Virus record (IMG/VR): IMGVR_UViG_3300050503_000206
Origin: an uncultured virus (IMG/VR IMGVR_UViG_3300050503_000206)
Lineage: Duplodnaviria; Heunggongvirae; Uroviricota; Caudoviricetes
Reading direction: 5' to 3' (one strand)
Length of the DNA: 64,000 nt
A program made the position numbers and the translations under genes. This document shows positions 45,394 to 55,149 of the stretch, one piece after another. Numbering within the stretch: the first letter of the stretch is position 1; each line of letters starts with the position of its first letter. Under the pieces are notes generated by a model. The model saw only the letters and a program-made list of their open reading frames with translations. It made no database searches and had not been told where the DNA came from.

Positions 45394-46407
45394 TCAGAAC
45401 GGGATGTCCTCGTCGTCCTTGGGGATGTAGTCGGGCGTGATCTCTCCGGGCAGCGGCTCGGACTTGCGGCTGGCCTCGAACGCCTCGAGGCTCTCCATGC
45501 GCTGGCGCTCCTGGTCGTGTGCGCGCGCAGCCTCGAGACCAGCTTCGTACGAGTTGTACGAGGAGTCGGACCACGTCTCTCGCTCGATGCCCGGGCCTTC
45601 CAAGCGCCATAGCGTGTGGTCCGAACCACCGGCGAGGATGCTGAGCTTGTAGCCCTTCGGCGGACGCTCGCGTTGGCTCGCCGGGCTGCCGGGGACAGCG
45701 AGCGCGATCATCTCTTCGTACCATCCGTCGTCATCCTGATTGCCACCGCTGGCACCCAATCCGCTCCATTCGACGGCCACAACGGGTCCTCCAGGACGGC
45801 TCCAACCGGTGATCTCCACGTTGTCGGACTCGGTGATCGTCTGTGTGCTGAGTTCGACCTCGCCGCCGCTGGTCTGGATCGGATGGGACTCCAGCACGTC
45901 GTTGCCGCGGCGCAGCGTTTCCGTCGCGCCTTGTTCGACGCCGCTGCCGTCGCAGGCCTCGCAGTCTTCGGAATCGTCGCCCTCGACGTTCCCCTCGGGC
46001 ACGACGACGCCCTCTCCGCGACACACGCCGCACGGCGGACCCTTGGGGATGTCCTCCTCGTCCTCGTCCTCGTAGCGGGACTCGTCGTCGTCGTCGTGAT
46101 CCTGATAGTCGGGATCTCCGGTCTCGCCCGGTCGCTCGCTGTCCGGCGCTTCGAGCTGGCGAAGTCGCCATGGCTCGACCGGCGGCTCGCGCAGCCCCGC
46201 GGCCACCCGACGCGCGGTGGCCTCGTCGACGGGACGAAACCCGTACAGCGCCGACGCGCCGTAGTACGACGTGAACCCGGTCTGGCCCGGCACGTCGGGC
46301 ACGTCGATCCGCATCCACGTCGATCCGAAGCGAGTCTCCTCGCGCACCAGGCCCGCGACGACCTTGCGACCCATCAGCTCCACGATCATCCACGTGCCGT
46401 CGCTCAT
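45394..46407 (-). CDS. Acidic multi-domain protein with CxxCxGxG finger and SSB-like DDEDIPF tail
   Basis: WMIVELMGRKVVAG N-domain; CGVCRGEG/CEACDGSG; C-terminal DIPF. Confidence 0.65.
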   Translation of the reverse strand: MSDGTWMIVELMGRKVVAGLVREETRFGSTWMRIDVPDVPGQTGFTSYYGASALYGFRPVDEATARRVAAGLREPPVEPWRLRQLEAPDSERPGETGDPDYQDHDDDDESRYEDEDEEDIPKGPPCGVCRGEGVVVPEGNVEGDDSEDCEACDGSGVEQGATETLRRGNDVLESHPIQTSGGEVELSTQTITESDNVEITGWSRPGGPVVAVEWSGLGASGGNQDDDGWYEEMIALAVPGSPASQRERPPKGYKLSILAGGSDHTLWRLEGPGIERETWSDSSYNSYEAGLEAARAHDQERQRMESLEAFEASRKSEPLPGEITPDYIPKDDEDIPF

Positions 46408-46718
46408 CGCTCTCCGCCCCGCTTCCACTCTCGAACGTTCGCCGAGGTCATAGGCTCGCCACAGCATCCGATCTCGGCGAGCCAGACGTCCGTCCACTCC
46501 GACATCGTGAACTCGCCGCCCTTCCATCCGTCGTACGTGTTGCCCAGCGCCGACCGTGCGTCGGCGAGCATGCTGGCGATGGTCACACCATCTGTCGGCA
46601 CGAACGCGAGCTGATCATAGTACCCGCGATAGGAGTGGGGCTTCCTGAAGCCGTACGCGACCACCTTGTCCGCCGGAAGCTGTTCGAGTGCTGTGATCAG
46701 TTCTCCGAGTGTCATCAC
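46404..46718 (-). CDS. Conserved phage hypothetical protein
   Basis: MTLGELITALE...PHSYRGYYDQLAF...GWKGG. Confidence 0.7.
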   Translation of the reverse strand: MMTLGELITALEQLPADKVVAYGFRKPHSYRGYYDQLAFVPTDGVTIASMLADARSALGNTYDGWKGGEFTMSEWTDVWLAEIGCCGEPMTSANVREWKRGGER

Positions 46719-46719
46719 G

Positions 46720-46935
46720 TCACCGGATCCCGATCCGCGTGGGGTCGAGCAGGCGCCGCGTGCTCTGGGCGCCGGCCATCGCCATGGCCGCGACGAACAG
46801 CAGCGGGATGACGTCGTTCGTGAGCGCGAGATGCACGATGCACACGACCACGCCGACGACGCCCGCGACGATGATGGCTAGCGCCATGGCGGCGCGCATA
46901 CGGAAGGCTCGGAGCAGTTCTTCAGAAGGGATCAT
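46720..46935 (-). CDS. Small two-TM membrane protein
   Basis: Two hydrophobic helices. Confidence 0.45.
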   Translation of the reverse strand: MIPSEELLRAFRMRAAMALAIIVAGVVGVVVCIVHLALTNDVIPLLFVAAMAMAGAQSTRRLLDPTRIGIR

Positions 46936-47023
46936 CAGTGCACCTTGGGTTCTTCTTCGATCTCGTCGGATTCGGATTGGGGATCTGGCCGGTTCGGCAT
47001 GCGTACGAGTACGCGCGTCATCT

Positions 47024-47476
47024 TCATGTCTCGACACCCCACGCCGCCGCGACGCGGGCGACGCAGCGGGTTGCCGCGCGCCTCGACACCCGCTCGAACG
47101 AGGCTTTCACCTGAAACTCGTCGGCGTCGCACAAGATCCCGGACTCGCGGATCGAGACGGAGACCGAGCGCTTGCCCGGGATGATGTCGTCGCCGGAGTC
47201 GCGGGACGCCGAGACGTGCCACGAGATCGTCACGTTGTCGGCATGGCGCTTGAGCCACGCGTGGACGCGCAGCTCCGTGCCGTCGGGCATCTTGGTCTCG
47301 GCGCTGAACTCGAGCGCCTTGGTGCCGACTTCGCCCCAGCCACCCGGACGATCTCCGGTGCGGACCGCGACCTCGTCGTGGACCATCATGACGAGGTCGT
47401 CGCGGTTGAGACGAGTCGTCGCGTCGCCGACGGTTCCCTGGATGTGGTTGCAGAACAGATCTTTGGTGGTACTCAT
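47024..47476 (-). CDS. Hypothetical protein
   Basis: GGAGG RBS; ATGA coupling. Confidence 0.55.
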   Translation of the reverse strand: MSTTKDLFCNHIQGTVGDATTRLNRDDLVMMVHDEVAVRTGDRPGGWGEVGTKALEFSAETKMPDGTELRVHAWLKRHADNVTISWHVSASRDSGDDIIPGKRSVSVSIRESGILCDADEFQVKASFERVSRRAATRCVARVAAAWGVET

Positions 47477-47796
47477 GCTTCCTCCGCGAGAGTGATCGGG
47501 TCCGAGATCACGATGCGGTCACCCTCGGTGATCGCGACCGTGTTGAGGGTCAGATCGGAGCCGCTCGCACCAACCGCGCACTCGAACAGCGGTGGATCCT
47601 TCCCGTAGTAGGCACGGATGTAGCCGAGGTCGTAGGCCACGGACCAGTGGAACACCTGGGGCAGGTTGCGGCCCATGTCGACGAACGTCCGCGCGGGGCG
47701 AAGAGCGTCGTGCAGGAGATCGAGCACGGCGGCTGGCGCGACGACGATCGTGGCGGTGCTCGAGAAGAACGAGCGCAGGAAGGTGCGTCGGTTCAT
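47473..47796 (-). CDS. Small protein with Tat-like leader
   Basis: MNRRTFLRS. Confidence 0.5.
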   Translation of the reverse strand: MNRRTFLRSFFSSTATIVVAPAAVLDLLHDALRPARTFVDMGRNLPQVFHWSVAYDLGYIRAYYGKDPPLFECAVGASGSDLTLNTVAITEGDRIVISDPITLAEEA

Positions 47797-48842
47797 GCAG
47801 TCCTCGAGCGCGCCGCAGCGAGCAGCGCCAGCAGGGTGTCCACGGAGATCCGCTTCCTCGCGTCGAGGTCGATGGTGCCGTCGTCGAAGACGTAGACCTC
47901 GTCGTAGCCGTAGTCCTCGTTCTCGCGGGTGTACTCCCACCACGAGTTCTCGCGCGTCGCCGTCCATCCGTCGGGCAACACGGGTGGGGAGGCTGGGGCC
48001 GTGAGGGCTGCGATGGTTTCACGCACCGCGAGAATCAAGCCCTCTCCACGGAGCTTGTCGCGTACTGCCTCGTCTAGAATCCCCAGCGCTCTCGCGACGT
48101 CAGGGGCCGGGGCGCGGGCCCTTTCCGCCAACTCCACGCACTTCCACTCGGCTGACTTGTAGCGGGCCTGTGCCGCGGCGAGCTGCTCTCGGGTCTCGTC
48201 ACGCTCTCTCCGGGCCTGGTCCCGCTCCCTGTGAACGAGTCCGCTCCGCGCTTTGGCGAGCTGCTCTCGCAGGGCTGCGATCTCGTCAGTCGCGCGCGCG
48301 TCGGAGTCGCTCTTGCTCGCGTCGAAACACGCACCATGGGCACAGCGTGCCTTGGTCAAGTCGGCCCCAGAGGACGCGTTGGAACCATTGTCCACACCGA
48401 TGGCAGAGGTCGTACATGCTTCATTCTCCTTTTGGTCGGCCTGGGGCGCCGTGCGGGCGAGGGCTTCGCGGAGGCAGCCGATCGCGATGGCGACGTTCGC
48501 GTGGATAAACCCGTTTCGGTCGGGTTGGATGGCGAGTAGCTCGTCGAGCGCCGCTCTCACTCCGGGGTTCGCGTCTTCGTCATGGATCCCCCACGCCTCG
48601 TGCAGGCGCCGGCACGTGCCGTGCTCGATGTGCTGCACCCACGTGCCCTCGCGCCCGGCGATCCATACCCAGCGGGGCGGCGGCTGCGTCTCATCGCGAG
48701 CACCATTCGGAGCGTCATGGTCGTAGGCGCAACGCAAGATGTCGTCCACGGCTTGCGCACGCATGGTCGGATCACCCGCTTCGCTACGAAGCAGCGTGCG
48801 CGCCGCCGCGATCGCCCGCTTCATCCTCTCCGCGTCGCTCAT
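47793..48842 (-). CDS. Mosaic (Ead/Ea22-style) protein
   Basis: Contains EQLAAAQA, APAPDVARAL and LTAPASPP linkers shared with 52160-53500. Confidence 0.6.
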   Translation of the reverse strand: MSDAERMKRAIAAARTLLRSEAGDPTMRAQAVDDILRCAYDHDAPNGARDETQPPPRWVWIAGREGTWVQHIEHGTCRRLHEAWGIHDEDANPGVRAALDELLAIQPDRNGFIHANVAIAIGCLREALARTAPQADQKENEACTTSAIGVDNGSNASSGADLTKARCAHGACFDASKSDSDARATDEIAALREQLAKARSGLVHRERDQARRERDETREQLAAAQARYKSAEWKCVELAERARAPAPDVARALGILDEAVRDKLRGEGLILAVRETIAALTAPASPPVLPDGWTATRENSWWEYTRENEDYGYDEVYVFDDGTIDLDARKRISVDTLLALLAAARSRTA

Positions 48843-49207
48843 GGCTTCGGCCTCCGCGGCTTGGCACCGCGTCGCATGTCGCGCGCTCGCAGCAGGTCGT
48901 CGACGCGATGACGGAGCTCCGTGATGTCGCGGGCGCGCACGAGCAGATAGTAGAGCGCGTTGATCTCCGCCCGGTCGATCCGCGCCTGTCGGATCGTCTT
49001 CGCCCAGCGGTACATGCGGATCGTCCACTCGCCGAGCAGCAGACTCAGTCCGAACCGCATCCACAACGAGTCCGCGATCCACACAGGCGGTGCGACGAGA
49101 CCCAGGAACACCAGAAGGGCGCCGACGGCGAGCACGAAGGCAGTGTCGCGCGTGTCCTGCTCGAGCCACTCGGATGCGCGCGCGCGGAAGTTGGGGATCG
49201 GGATCAT
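48839..49207 (-). CDS. Two-TM membrane protein
   Basis: AGGAG RBS; hydrophobic helices. Confidence 0.55.
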   Translation of the reverse strand: MIPIPNFRARASEWLEQDTRDTAFVLAVGALLVFLGLVAPPVWIADSLWMRFGLSLLLGEWTIRMYRWAKTIRQARIDRAEINALYYLLVRARDITELRHRVDDLLRARDMRRGAKPRRPKP

Positions 49208-49692
49208 GCGCTCTGCTCCTCTGGTTCGGCGTCTTCGACGACGTCGTAGCCGCGGCGGATCCCGGCGACCATGTCGTCGAGGTGGGGAAGGCGTTCGTAG
49301 ATGCTGCCCGAGCGCTTGGTCCGACGCGAGAATCCCAGACCCACCAATCGCGGTCCCGAGCTCACGATCTCGAGACGCAGCATCGCGTCGAAGCAGGTGA
49401 CCACGAGCACCGTGAGCACGTCGCCGTCGTAGGTGGACAGGTGGCTGGCCGGCACGTTCACGACGATGTGGCGCGGGTCGTGCCACTGCGGCTTGTTCAA
49501 GCTGCCCGGCGTAAGGTGGTAGATCCCGCGCCAGGCGTGGCCGAGCACGTCGGCGACGGTGACCCCGAGCGGGCTCAGGATCTTCGACATGTTGCACCGG
49601 CCGCGCGGCCGCAGGGCGGCACGGGCATGCATCGCGTCCAGACTCGCCTTCAACCATTCGGAGCCGGCGTAGCTCGTTTGCAGGCGGATCAT
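49204..49692 (-). CDS. Conserved phage hypothetical protein
   Basis: GIYH...LSTYDGDVLTVLVVTCFDAMLRLEI. Confidence 0.6.
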   Translation of the reverse strand: MIRLQTSYAGSEWLKASLDAMHARAALRPRGRCNMSKILSPLGVTVADVLGHAWRGIYHLTPGSLNKPQWHDPRHIVVNVPASHLSTYDGDVLTVLVVTCFDAMLRLEIVSSGPRLVGLGFSRRTKRSGSIYERLPHLDDMVAGIRRGYDVVEDAEPEEQSA

Positions 49693-50018
49693 GGTCCCAC
49701 CGCCTCGAGCAGCTTGCGCAGCCGCGCCCGGAACCGGACGATGGACTCCTGGACCGCGGGGCGGTTGCAGGTGGCCCCGTCGATCGCCATCTGCAGCGGC
49801 TCGTCGATCTCCTCGATCCCCTGCACGACGGCCGCGATGAGCGGGTGCTGCATCGCGAGCCGTAGGATCTGCTGCCGTAGCTCGTCGGGGCTCGACCCCA
49901 TGACGATCACCGTGTACTGGGGCCCGCTCGTGCACTGGATCACCTGCGTCTCGGGCGGCAGCCCGAGCTGAGGATCCACGGGCCCGACGGACGAGGCATT
50001 GCGTCGTGCGCGGCTCAT
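49689..50018 (-). CDS. Hypothetical protein
   Basis: ATGA coupling. Confidence 0.5.
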   Translation of the reverse strand: MSRARRNASSVGPVDPQLGLPPETQVIQCTSGPQYTVIVMGSSPDELRQQILRLAMQHPLIAAVVQGIEEIDEPLQMAIDGATCNRPAVQESIVRFRARLRKLLEAVGP

Positions 50019-50428
50019 GGGCGCCCCCGTAACGCGACCAGAGCCACAGCTCCGACGAGTACGGCGTGGGTGGCCAACGTGATGCCGGCGACGCTGGCGA
50101 GGTGACTGGGTCCCACGGGCGGATTGAGGAAGGCCAAGACGACCATCGCGCCCACACCGAACGCCCCCACCAGCCAGAACTTCCGCGGCACGAGCACGCC
50201 GACGGCCACGACCAGCGCCGCGATCGCGGCGGGCCAGACGATCCACCACAGCGCTGCGAACAAGAGCGCCGAGCTGGCGGGCGCACGGTTGGGCTGCCGA
50301 CGCAGCGCGCCCGCGGCGATGAACATCACGGCGACGAGCGGTGCAGTGATGAGCGCGCCGTAGCTCGTCATGCCGAGGCTGAGCAGCCAGATCACGGGGG
50401 TCAGACACATGAGGATCTTGGCGAGCAT
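50015..50428 (-). CDS. Multi-pass membrane protein
   Basis: Several TM helices; AAGGAG RBS. Confidence 0.6.
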   Translation of the reverse strand: MLAKILMCLTPVIWLLSLGMTSYGALITAPLVAVMFIAAGALRRQPNRAPASSALLFAALWWIVWPAAIAALVVAVGVLVPRKFWLVGAFGVGAMVVLAFLNPPVGPSHLASVAGITLATHAVLVGAVALVALRGRP

Positions 50429-50430
50429 GG

Positions 50431-51252
50431 TCACTCCTTGGATCGCGGCGGCGAGCCGGCGAGTTCGAGGATGCCGTCGACGTTGGTCAGCGCGAGCTCG
50501 CGCCAACGGGGAACGCGATCCTTGTCGATCGCCTCCTGGAGCCCCAGGTCAACCGCGACCCGCAGCAGCTCGAGCGCTCGCGCCACGTCCGGCGCGCCCG
50601 CGGCCCTCGGGGCGCCCCCAAGAAGCGCACGGAGGACTGCGGCCGGGATGCCGTTGAGCGTGCTTGAGTGCCGCCCTTCGAAGCGAACGCGCACCGATTG
50701 ATCGTCCGGCAGGGACACCTCGATGTTCTCTGGGCCGTGCGCTACGCCGTCTTCGATGTGCCAGCCCTCCGGCAGGGCATCCCGGGCGCCCGCGGGTTCG
50801 CTCTTGGGCGGCAGAAGAGGTGAGTCCGGGCCGTGGTAGCCGTGATGGTTGTTGTCGTACGCGCCGCACCACCCACACCGCTGGGGCACGGGTTCGGCTG
50901 GGGGTGCCGCCTTGTCTACGATGAGCGCCTGCGGCATGGCGCTGCGCTGGCGCTCGGCCAGGGTCGCCAACGCATCGAGCCCTTTCTTGGCCAGCCAGAT
51001 CGCGCGACGTCCGGGGTAGGGCACGGACGCGGGGCTCTCGGCGCTCGGCTCCGACGCTTCGGGCGTCTCGTTCTTGGATCCGGGCAGGAACGCGACGCCG
51101 ACGGTGGGCGCGATGGCAGGGCGCCACGTCAGACCGCAGCTCTGGCAGCTGTGCGTGTGGTGCACCTTGGTCGCGAACTCGCCTTCGTCGATGTGTCGCG
51201 TACCGCAGAACGGGCACGTCAAGAACATGGGGATCGGAGTGGGATCGCTCAT
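50431..51252 (-). CDS. Mosaic protein with N-terminal zinc finger
   Basis: LTCPFCGTRHID...HHTHSCQSCG; LPEGW; APDVARAL. Confidence 0.6.
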   Translation of the reverse strand: MSDPTPIPMFLTCPFCGTRHIDEGEFATKVHHTHSCQSCGLTWRPAIAPTVGVAFLPGSKNETPEASEPSAESPASVPYPGRRAIWLAKKGLDALATLAERQRSAMPQALIVDKAAPPAEPVPQRCGWCGAYDNNHHGYHGPDSPLLPPKSEPAGARDALPEGWHIEDGVAHGPENIEVSLPDDQSVRVRFEGRHSSTLNGIPAAVLRALLGGAPRAAGAPDVARALELLRVAVDLGLQEAIDKDRVPRWRELALTNVDGILELAGSPPRSKE

Positions 51253-52163
51253 GGGGACTCTCCGCAGAGGCGGCAGCGCCCGTGCTCGTCGACGCCGCGT
51301 TCGTGCTGGCACGTCATCCCCGCCATGGGATAGCGACCGCAGTCGACGAGGCGCAGGCGATTGCCGTCGTCGTCGACTCCTTCGAGGATCACGGTCGGCG
51401 CTTCCCCGAGTTGACGACCGTACTTGTCGCAGTGGTGGATGTAGTCGGCCCCGCGGCCCCGCGCGCACGCGTCGCAGAAGCGTTGGATCTCGGCGGGCTC
51501 GTACGGCGCGGTCGTGCCATCGTCGTGCTTCACGTCGTAGACGAGCCCATGCGAATCGTGGACGGCGACGACGGTGCCCTCGACTCCCCAGCGCACGCCG
51601 TTGCGCTTGCCCTTCGACCAGTCCGTCGATCCGGCGTCGCGCAGCGTGAGGACGTGCGCGCCGATCGGCAGTCGCTCGGGATCGGGCAGGAACTGATCGG
51701 GGCACTGCCCGAGTCCGCTCGCGCATCCGTTTTCGCAGCGCTGCTTGCGATCGGCGAGACGCACGAGCATCTGCTCGCCGCACCAAGCGCATTTGTGCTT
51801 CGCGTGCACCCACTCTCCACCCCACACGCGACGGATGGGCTCGTCAGCAACGCGCTTCTGCTTCGGACACTCACCCTGACGAACCGGGAGCCGGAGTCCG
51901 CAGTCGCATGACGGCCAAGTGCACTGCGGCGCTCTCGCGACGCCGGGGGCCGGGGCGCTTGCGAGCTCGCGGGCGACTGCGGACAGCCGCAGCACCGTGC
52001 GCCGCAGCTCCTCCACGTCGCGCTCCTTGAGGTGCTGGCACCCGCCGTTGGTGTGCATGCCGCCGGGATGGCCGAACACGCATCCCCCATCGCTGCAGCC
52101 GATGGTCTCGCCGAATAGTTTCACGGCCGCGGCGTGCACTCGTCCCTTTGCGTCGGTTATCAC
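51249..52163 (-). CDS. Mosaic Cys-rich protein
   Basis: GCSDGGC...GMHTNGGC module; APAPGVARA linker; SH3-like segment. Confidence 0.6.
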   Translation of the reverse strand: MITDAKGRVHAAAVKLFGETIGCSDGGCVFGHPGGMHTNGGCQHLKERDVEELRRTVLRLSAVARELASAPAPGVARAPQCTWPSCDCGLRLPVRQGECPKQKRVADEPIRRVWGGEWVHAKHKCAWCGEQMLVRLADRKQRCENGCASGLGQCPDQFLPDPERLPIGAHVLTLRDAGSTDWSKGKRNGVRWGVEGTVVAVHDSHGLVYDVKHDDGTTAPYEPAEIQRFCDACARGRGADYIHHCDKYGRQLGEAPTVILEGVDDDGNRLRLVDCGRYPMAGMTCQHERGVDEHGRCRLCGESP

Positions 52164-53500
52164 TTCACCTCTCCATCCGACTCGGGTGCGGTGGCGGGCA
52201 CCTGGGGCTCGCGCTGCTGGGCAAGCAGTCTCTCGGCCTCGGCCAGCGCCCGCGCGAGACGGGTACTGTGTCGGGTCGTCATCTCGTCCTCTCGCGCGTA
52301 CTTCACACACCGGGCGAGCAGCGCCAGCGCAGCAGTGGGCTCCGTGGCGGGCACCTGGGGCTCGCGCTGCTGCTCCGGCGGAGGATCATCCGAGCACCAT
52401 CCGCGTTGTTCGTGCTCGCCTCCAGGCGCGCCGCAGTCCGAGCATGAGGGGGCGCTCGGTGGGGAGGCTGGGGCCGTGAGGCTCAGGTGGTAGGCGAGAA
52501 TGGCGTGCAGCGTCTCGGCGCGCACGTCGGTCGAACAGCGCACCGTGCCATCGTGATAGACGGTGACTAGCTTGTCGCCGTGGTCATAGCTGACGCGGTT
52601 CTTCCACTCCTTTCGCACCCACCCCTCCGGCAGCGCTCTCGCGACGTCGGGGGCCGGGGCGCGGGCCTCCAGTTCGGCGATGCGCTCCTCTGCTCGCTCG
52701 GCGCGGTGCCGCATGATGTTGAACTGCTGTGCGTACGTCGGCGGCTGGCCGCCCTCGGAACCGTTCGCCATGATCTCGTGGTATGCGTGCCAGAGGTTCG
52801 AACTCCGCAGCGTGTCGCGGAGTTGTTGGTGCCGCGTCGCGTACCACTCCTCCATCCACTCCCGCTTGCGCACAGACTCATCTCGCTCCGCCTGTGCCGC
52901 GGCGAGCTGCTCGTTGACGTCCGCGAGTGATTCGTCGTACTCGCCCAGGTTGTCGGCAATGCGCATCGTGAGAGCCTCGATGCGCTCGTTGGCCGCGGCG
53001 AGCTCGTCATCGCGGAAGTTGCGAAGCTCCCGGCGAATCGCGTCGGCCTCGCACTTGATGATGTCGCTGCGCACCTCCCTCGCGATGTTGCGCATCGTCT
53101 GCTCCAATCGATCCTCTTCGATGCGCTCGAGGCCGTCCTCGCGCGCCGAGTGGCCATGCACGTCGCGGACGTGGCCGTGGGCGAGTGCCTGCTGGAAGCC
53201 GCAGGTGCACGGGTTGGGGATTCGAGCGCACGCTGGGTCGTGGACGCCGTACTTGAGCAGGGCCGCACGCAGCGCGTCCACGCGTGCATGGGCGTGGACG
53301 AGATCCTCTTGTGCGCCGGCCAGCGCCGCGCGTAGTCGGCCGTTGTCGGCCGCGGCGCCCGCACTGCGCCGATCGAATGCGTCCGACAGCGCACGCACGC
53401 GCGTGATGAGCACGTCTGCAGCCGTGTTCCAGTGACGCCGCGCCTTCAGATCGGCCTCGTACTGCTCAAGAGCTTCGGAGATCGTCGTGGGCTCGGTCAT
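52160..53500 (-). CDS. Mosaic coiled-coil protein (Ead/Ea22-style)
   Basis: AGGAG RBS; shared linkers; duplicated QQREPQVPAT. Confidence 0.6.
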   Translation of the reverse strand: MTEPTTISEALEQYEADLKARRHWNTAADVLITRVRALSDAFDRRSAGAAADNGRLRAALAGAQEDLVHAHARVDALRAALLKYGVHDPACARIPNPCTCGFQQALAHGHVRDVHGHSAREDGLERIEEDRLEQTMRNIAREVRSDIIKCEADAIRRELRNFRDDELAAANERIEALTMRIADNLGEYDESLADVNEQLAAAQAERDESVRKREWMEEWYATRHQQLRDTLRSSNLWHAYHEIMANGSEGGQPPTYAQQFNIMRHRAERAEERIAELEARAPAPDVARALPEGWVRKEWKNRVSYDHGDKLVTVYHDGTVRCSTDVRAETLHAILAYHLSLTAPASPPSAPSCSDCGAPGGEHEQRGWCSDDPPPEQQREPQVPATEPTAALALLARCVKYAREDEMTTRHSTRLARALAEAERLLAQQREPQVPATAPESDGEVK

Positions 53501-55149
53501 CGCATGCACTCCTCGAGATCGAAGGTGAGTCGCTCGATGGGATCCTGGCCGTGCACACCCGTCCACCGCACGCGCCAGTAGAACTCCAGCCACCCGAACG
53601 GCAGTTGCGCCCGGTACGGCTCGTCGTGCAGGTTCGCCTCGGCCGCGATCCCCGTGTGTAGCGCCCCGATCTTCAGAAACGCCATGCCGTCGGGCCACTC
53701 GTCGACGGCATAGGCGGCGCCGTGGTGACAGATCACCTGCAACGCGCCCGCGCGGCACTGCTGCGCCACCGCCCGGTACTTCACGGCGTGACTGCTCGGG
53801 AAGGAGGCGAAGACGGTTTGGTTGTGGGGCACTGCGGGCGCGCCGGGAGTCGTGTTCGGGCCGGCGGGTCCCCATCCGAGCATCATCTTGTCGTCGAGGA
53901 ACTCGCCCCAGCGCACGTGAAAATGCACACAGTCATGCACGCATTGATTTATCATCACGATGCCGGTCTCGCGACGAGCCACGCCTTCATCCTCGAACTC
54001 CGCGACCATGCGCGCGGCGAGGTGCACGTTGTCGAACTGCCCTTGGCGCGGACACTTGCGGACGTCGCGGTTGTTGCGGACCAGTGGCGTGCGGCGCGTG
54101 ACGGCGTTGGGGTTGGTGCGCTCGACTCGATGCCGCGCGTCGGCGAGCGTGATCTCACCTCGCTTCTGCAGTGGATGGTCGACGCGATCGCCGGTGCGCC
54201 GCGGCGAGCGATCCGCGAAGGTCGCAAAGGGCTCGGTGTCGTAGTAGTCGTAGAGGTTGTCGGTGTACGGGATCGGCAAGCCGGCCAAGGCCGACGCCGA
54301 GTGCACGTCGTTGGTGTCGGCGACCACGAGCGTGCCGATCTCGCGCTCCATCGTCGGATCGCAGGCCATGCCCCGCGCCGGCCGCTCGAGCAGGATGCTG
54401 GCCTCCAGTCGCGGAAGATCCTCGTTGGACCACACGAACACATGGGGGTGGATCCGGCAGAAGCCGACGAGGCTACCGGGCACGAAGTCGGGCCGCTCGC
54501 GGCAGAGCACGAGCTCGACGGCGACGACGTAGCGCGAAGGGCCGATGCATACGTCCCACGACTCGGCCTCGCCGGCGACCACCGATGGCGCCCGCTTGCC
54601 GCTTTCGGGCATGAGCAGATCGCCGAACTCGTCGATCTCGGCGCGGGTGAGCGGTGCGATTGCTCCGCCATCGAGCTGGTGGGCGAAGACCACCAGGATC
54701 GAGGCGTCGAGGTTGGCCTCGAGCCGCCACAGATGCGAGCCCGCGCCTCTCAGGTGACCGGTTCGCGTCCACCAGGCGGCGACGAGGTGATCAGCGTCGA
54801 GCGGGAGCTCGAGCGTGGTGCCGTCGTCCCGGGTGACCTTCACCTTATTGAAGACGATCTGCTCGAAGACCAGCGCGTCCATGGCGTAGTCCATCGACAT
54901 GCCGCGGGTGCGGTTGGTGATTTTGTGCATCGTTGCGGGCGTCGCCGGATCCCAGCGGAAGCGCCAGACGAAGTTGAGCAAGGCCGTGTCGGCACGCTCG
55001 TGCGGTTGGACCTCGGCCATGGTCTGCGGATTCGGCTCCGGCGACGTGAACACGCCGTCGCCAAGCGCGAGGGGCACGGGCTCGAGGCGGGAGCCGCGGG
55101 CGCCCGCGAACAGCATGGTCTCGGCGAGCAGATCGTGAAGCGCTGGCAT
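53497..55149 (-). CDS. Large hypothetical protein (550 aa)
   Basis: Gene-like ORF coupled on both sides; HDCVHFHVRW motif. Confidence 0.65.
   Translation of the reverse strand: MPALHDLLAETMLFAGARGSRLEPVPLALGDGVFTSPEPNPQTMAEVQPHERADTALLNFVWRFRWDPATPATMHKITNRTRGMSMDYAMDALVFEQIVFNKVKVTRDDGTTLELPLDADHLVAAWWTRTGHLRGAGSHLWRLEANLDASILVVFAHQLDGGAIAPLTRAEIDEFGDLLMPESGKRAPSVVAGEAESWDVCIGPSRYVVAVELVLCRERPDFVPGSLVGFCRIHPHVFVWSNEDLPRLEASILLERPARGMACDPTMEREIGTLVVADTNDVHSASALAGLPIPYTDNLYDYYDTEPFATFADRSPRRTGDRVDHPLQKRGEITLADARHRVERTNPNAVTRRTPLVRNNRDVRKCPRQGQFDNVHLAARMVAEFEDEGVARRETGIVMINQCVHDCVHFHVRWGEFLDDKMMLGWGPAGPNTTPGAPAVPHNQTVFASFPSSHAVKYRAVAQQCRAGALQVICHHGAAYAVDEWPDGMAFLKIGALHTGIAAEANLHDEPYRAQLPFGWLEFYWRVRWTGVHGQDPIERLTFDLEECMR

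Noticed and set aside
47983..52912. Diversity-generating retroelement TR/VR pair
   Set aside because: The repeats are under 40 nt, lack a pattern of adenine-specific mismatches, and no reverse transcriptase is present.
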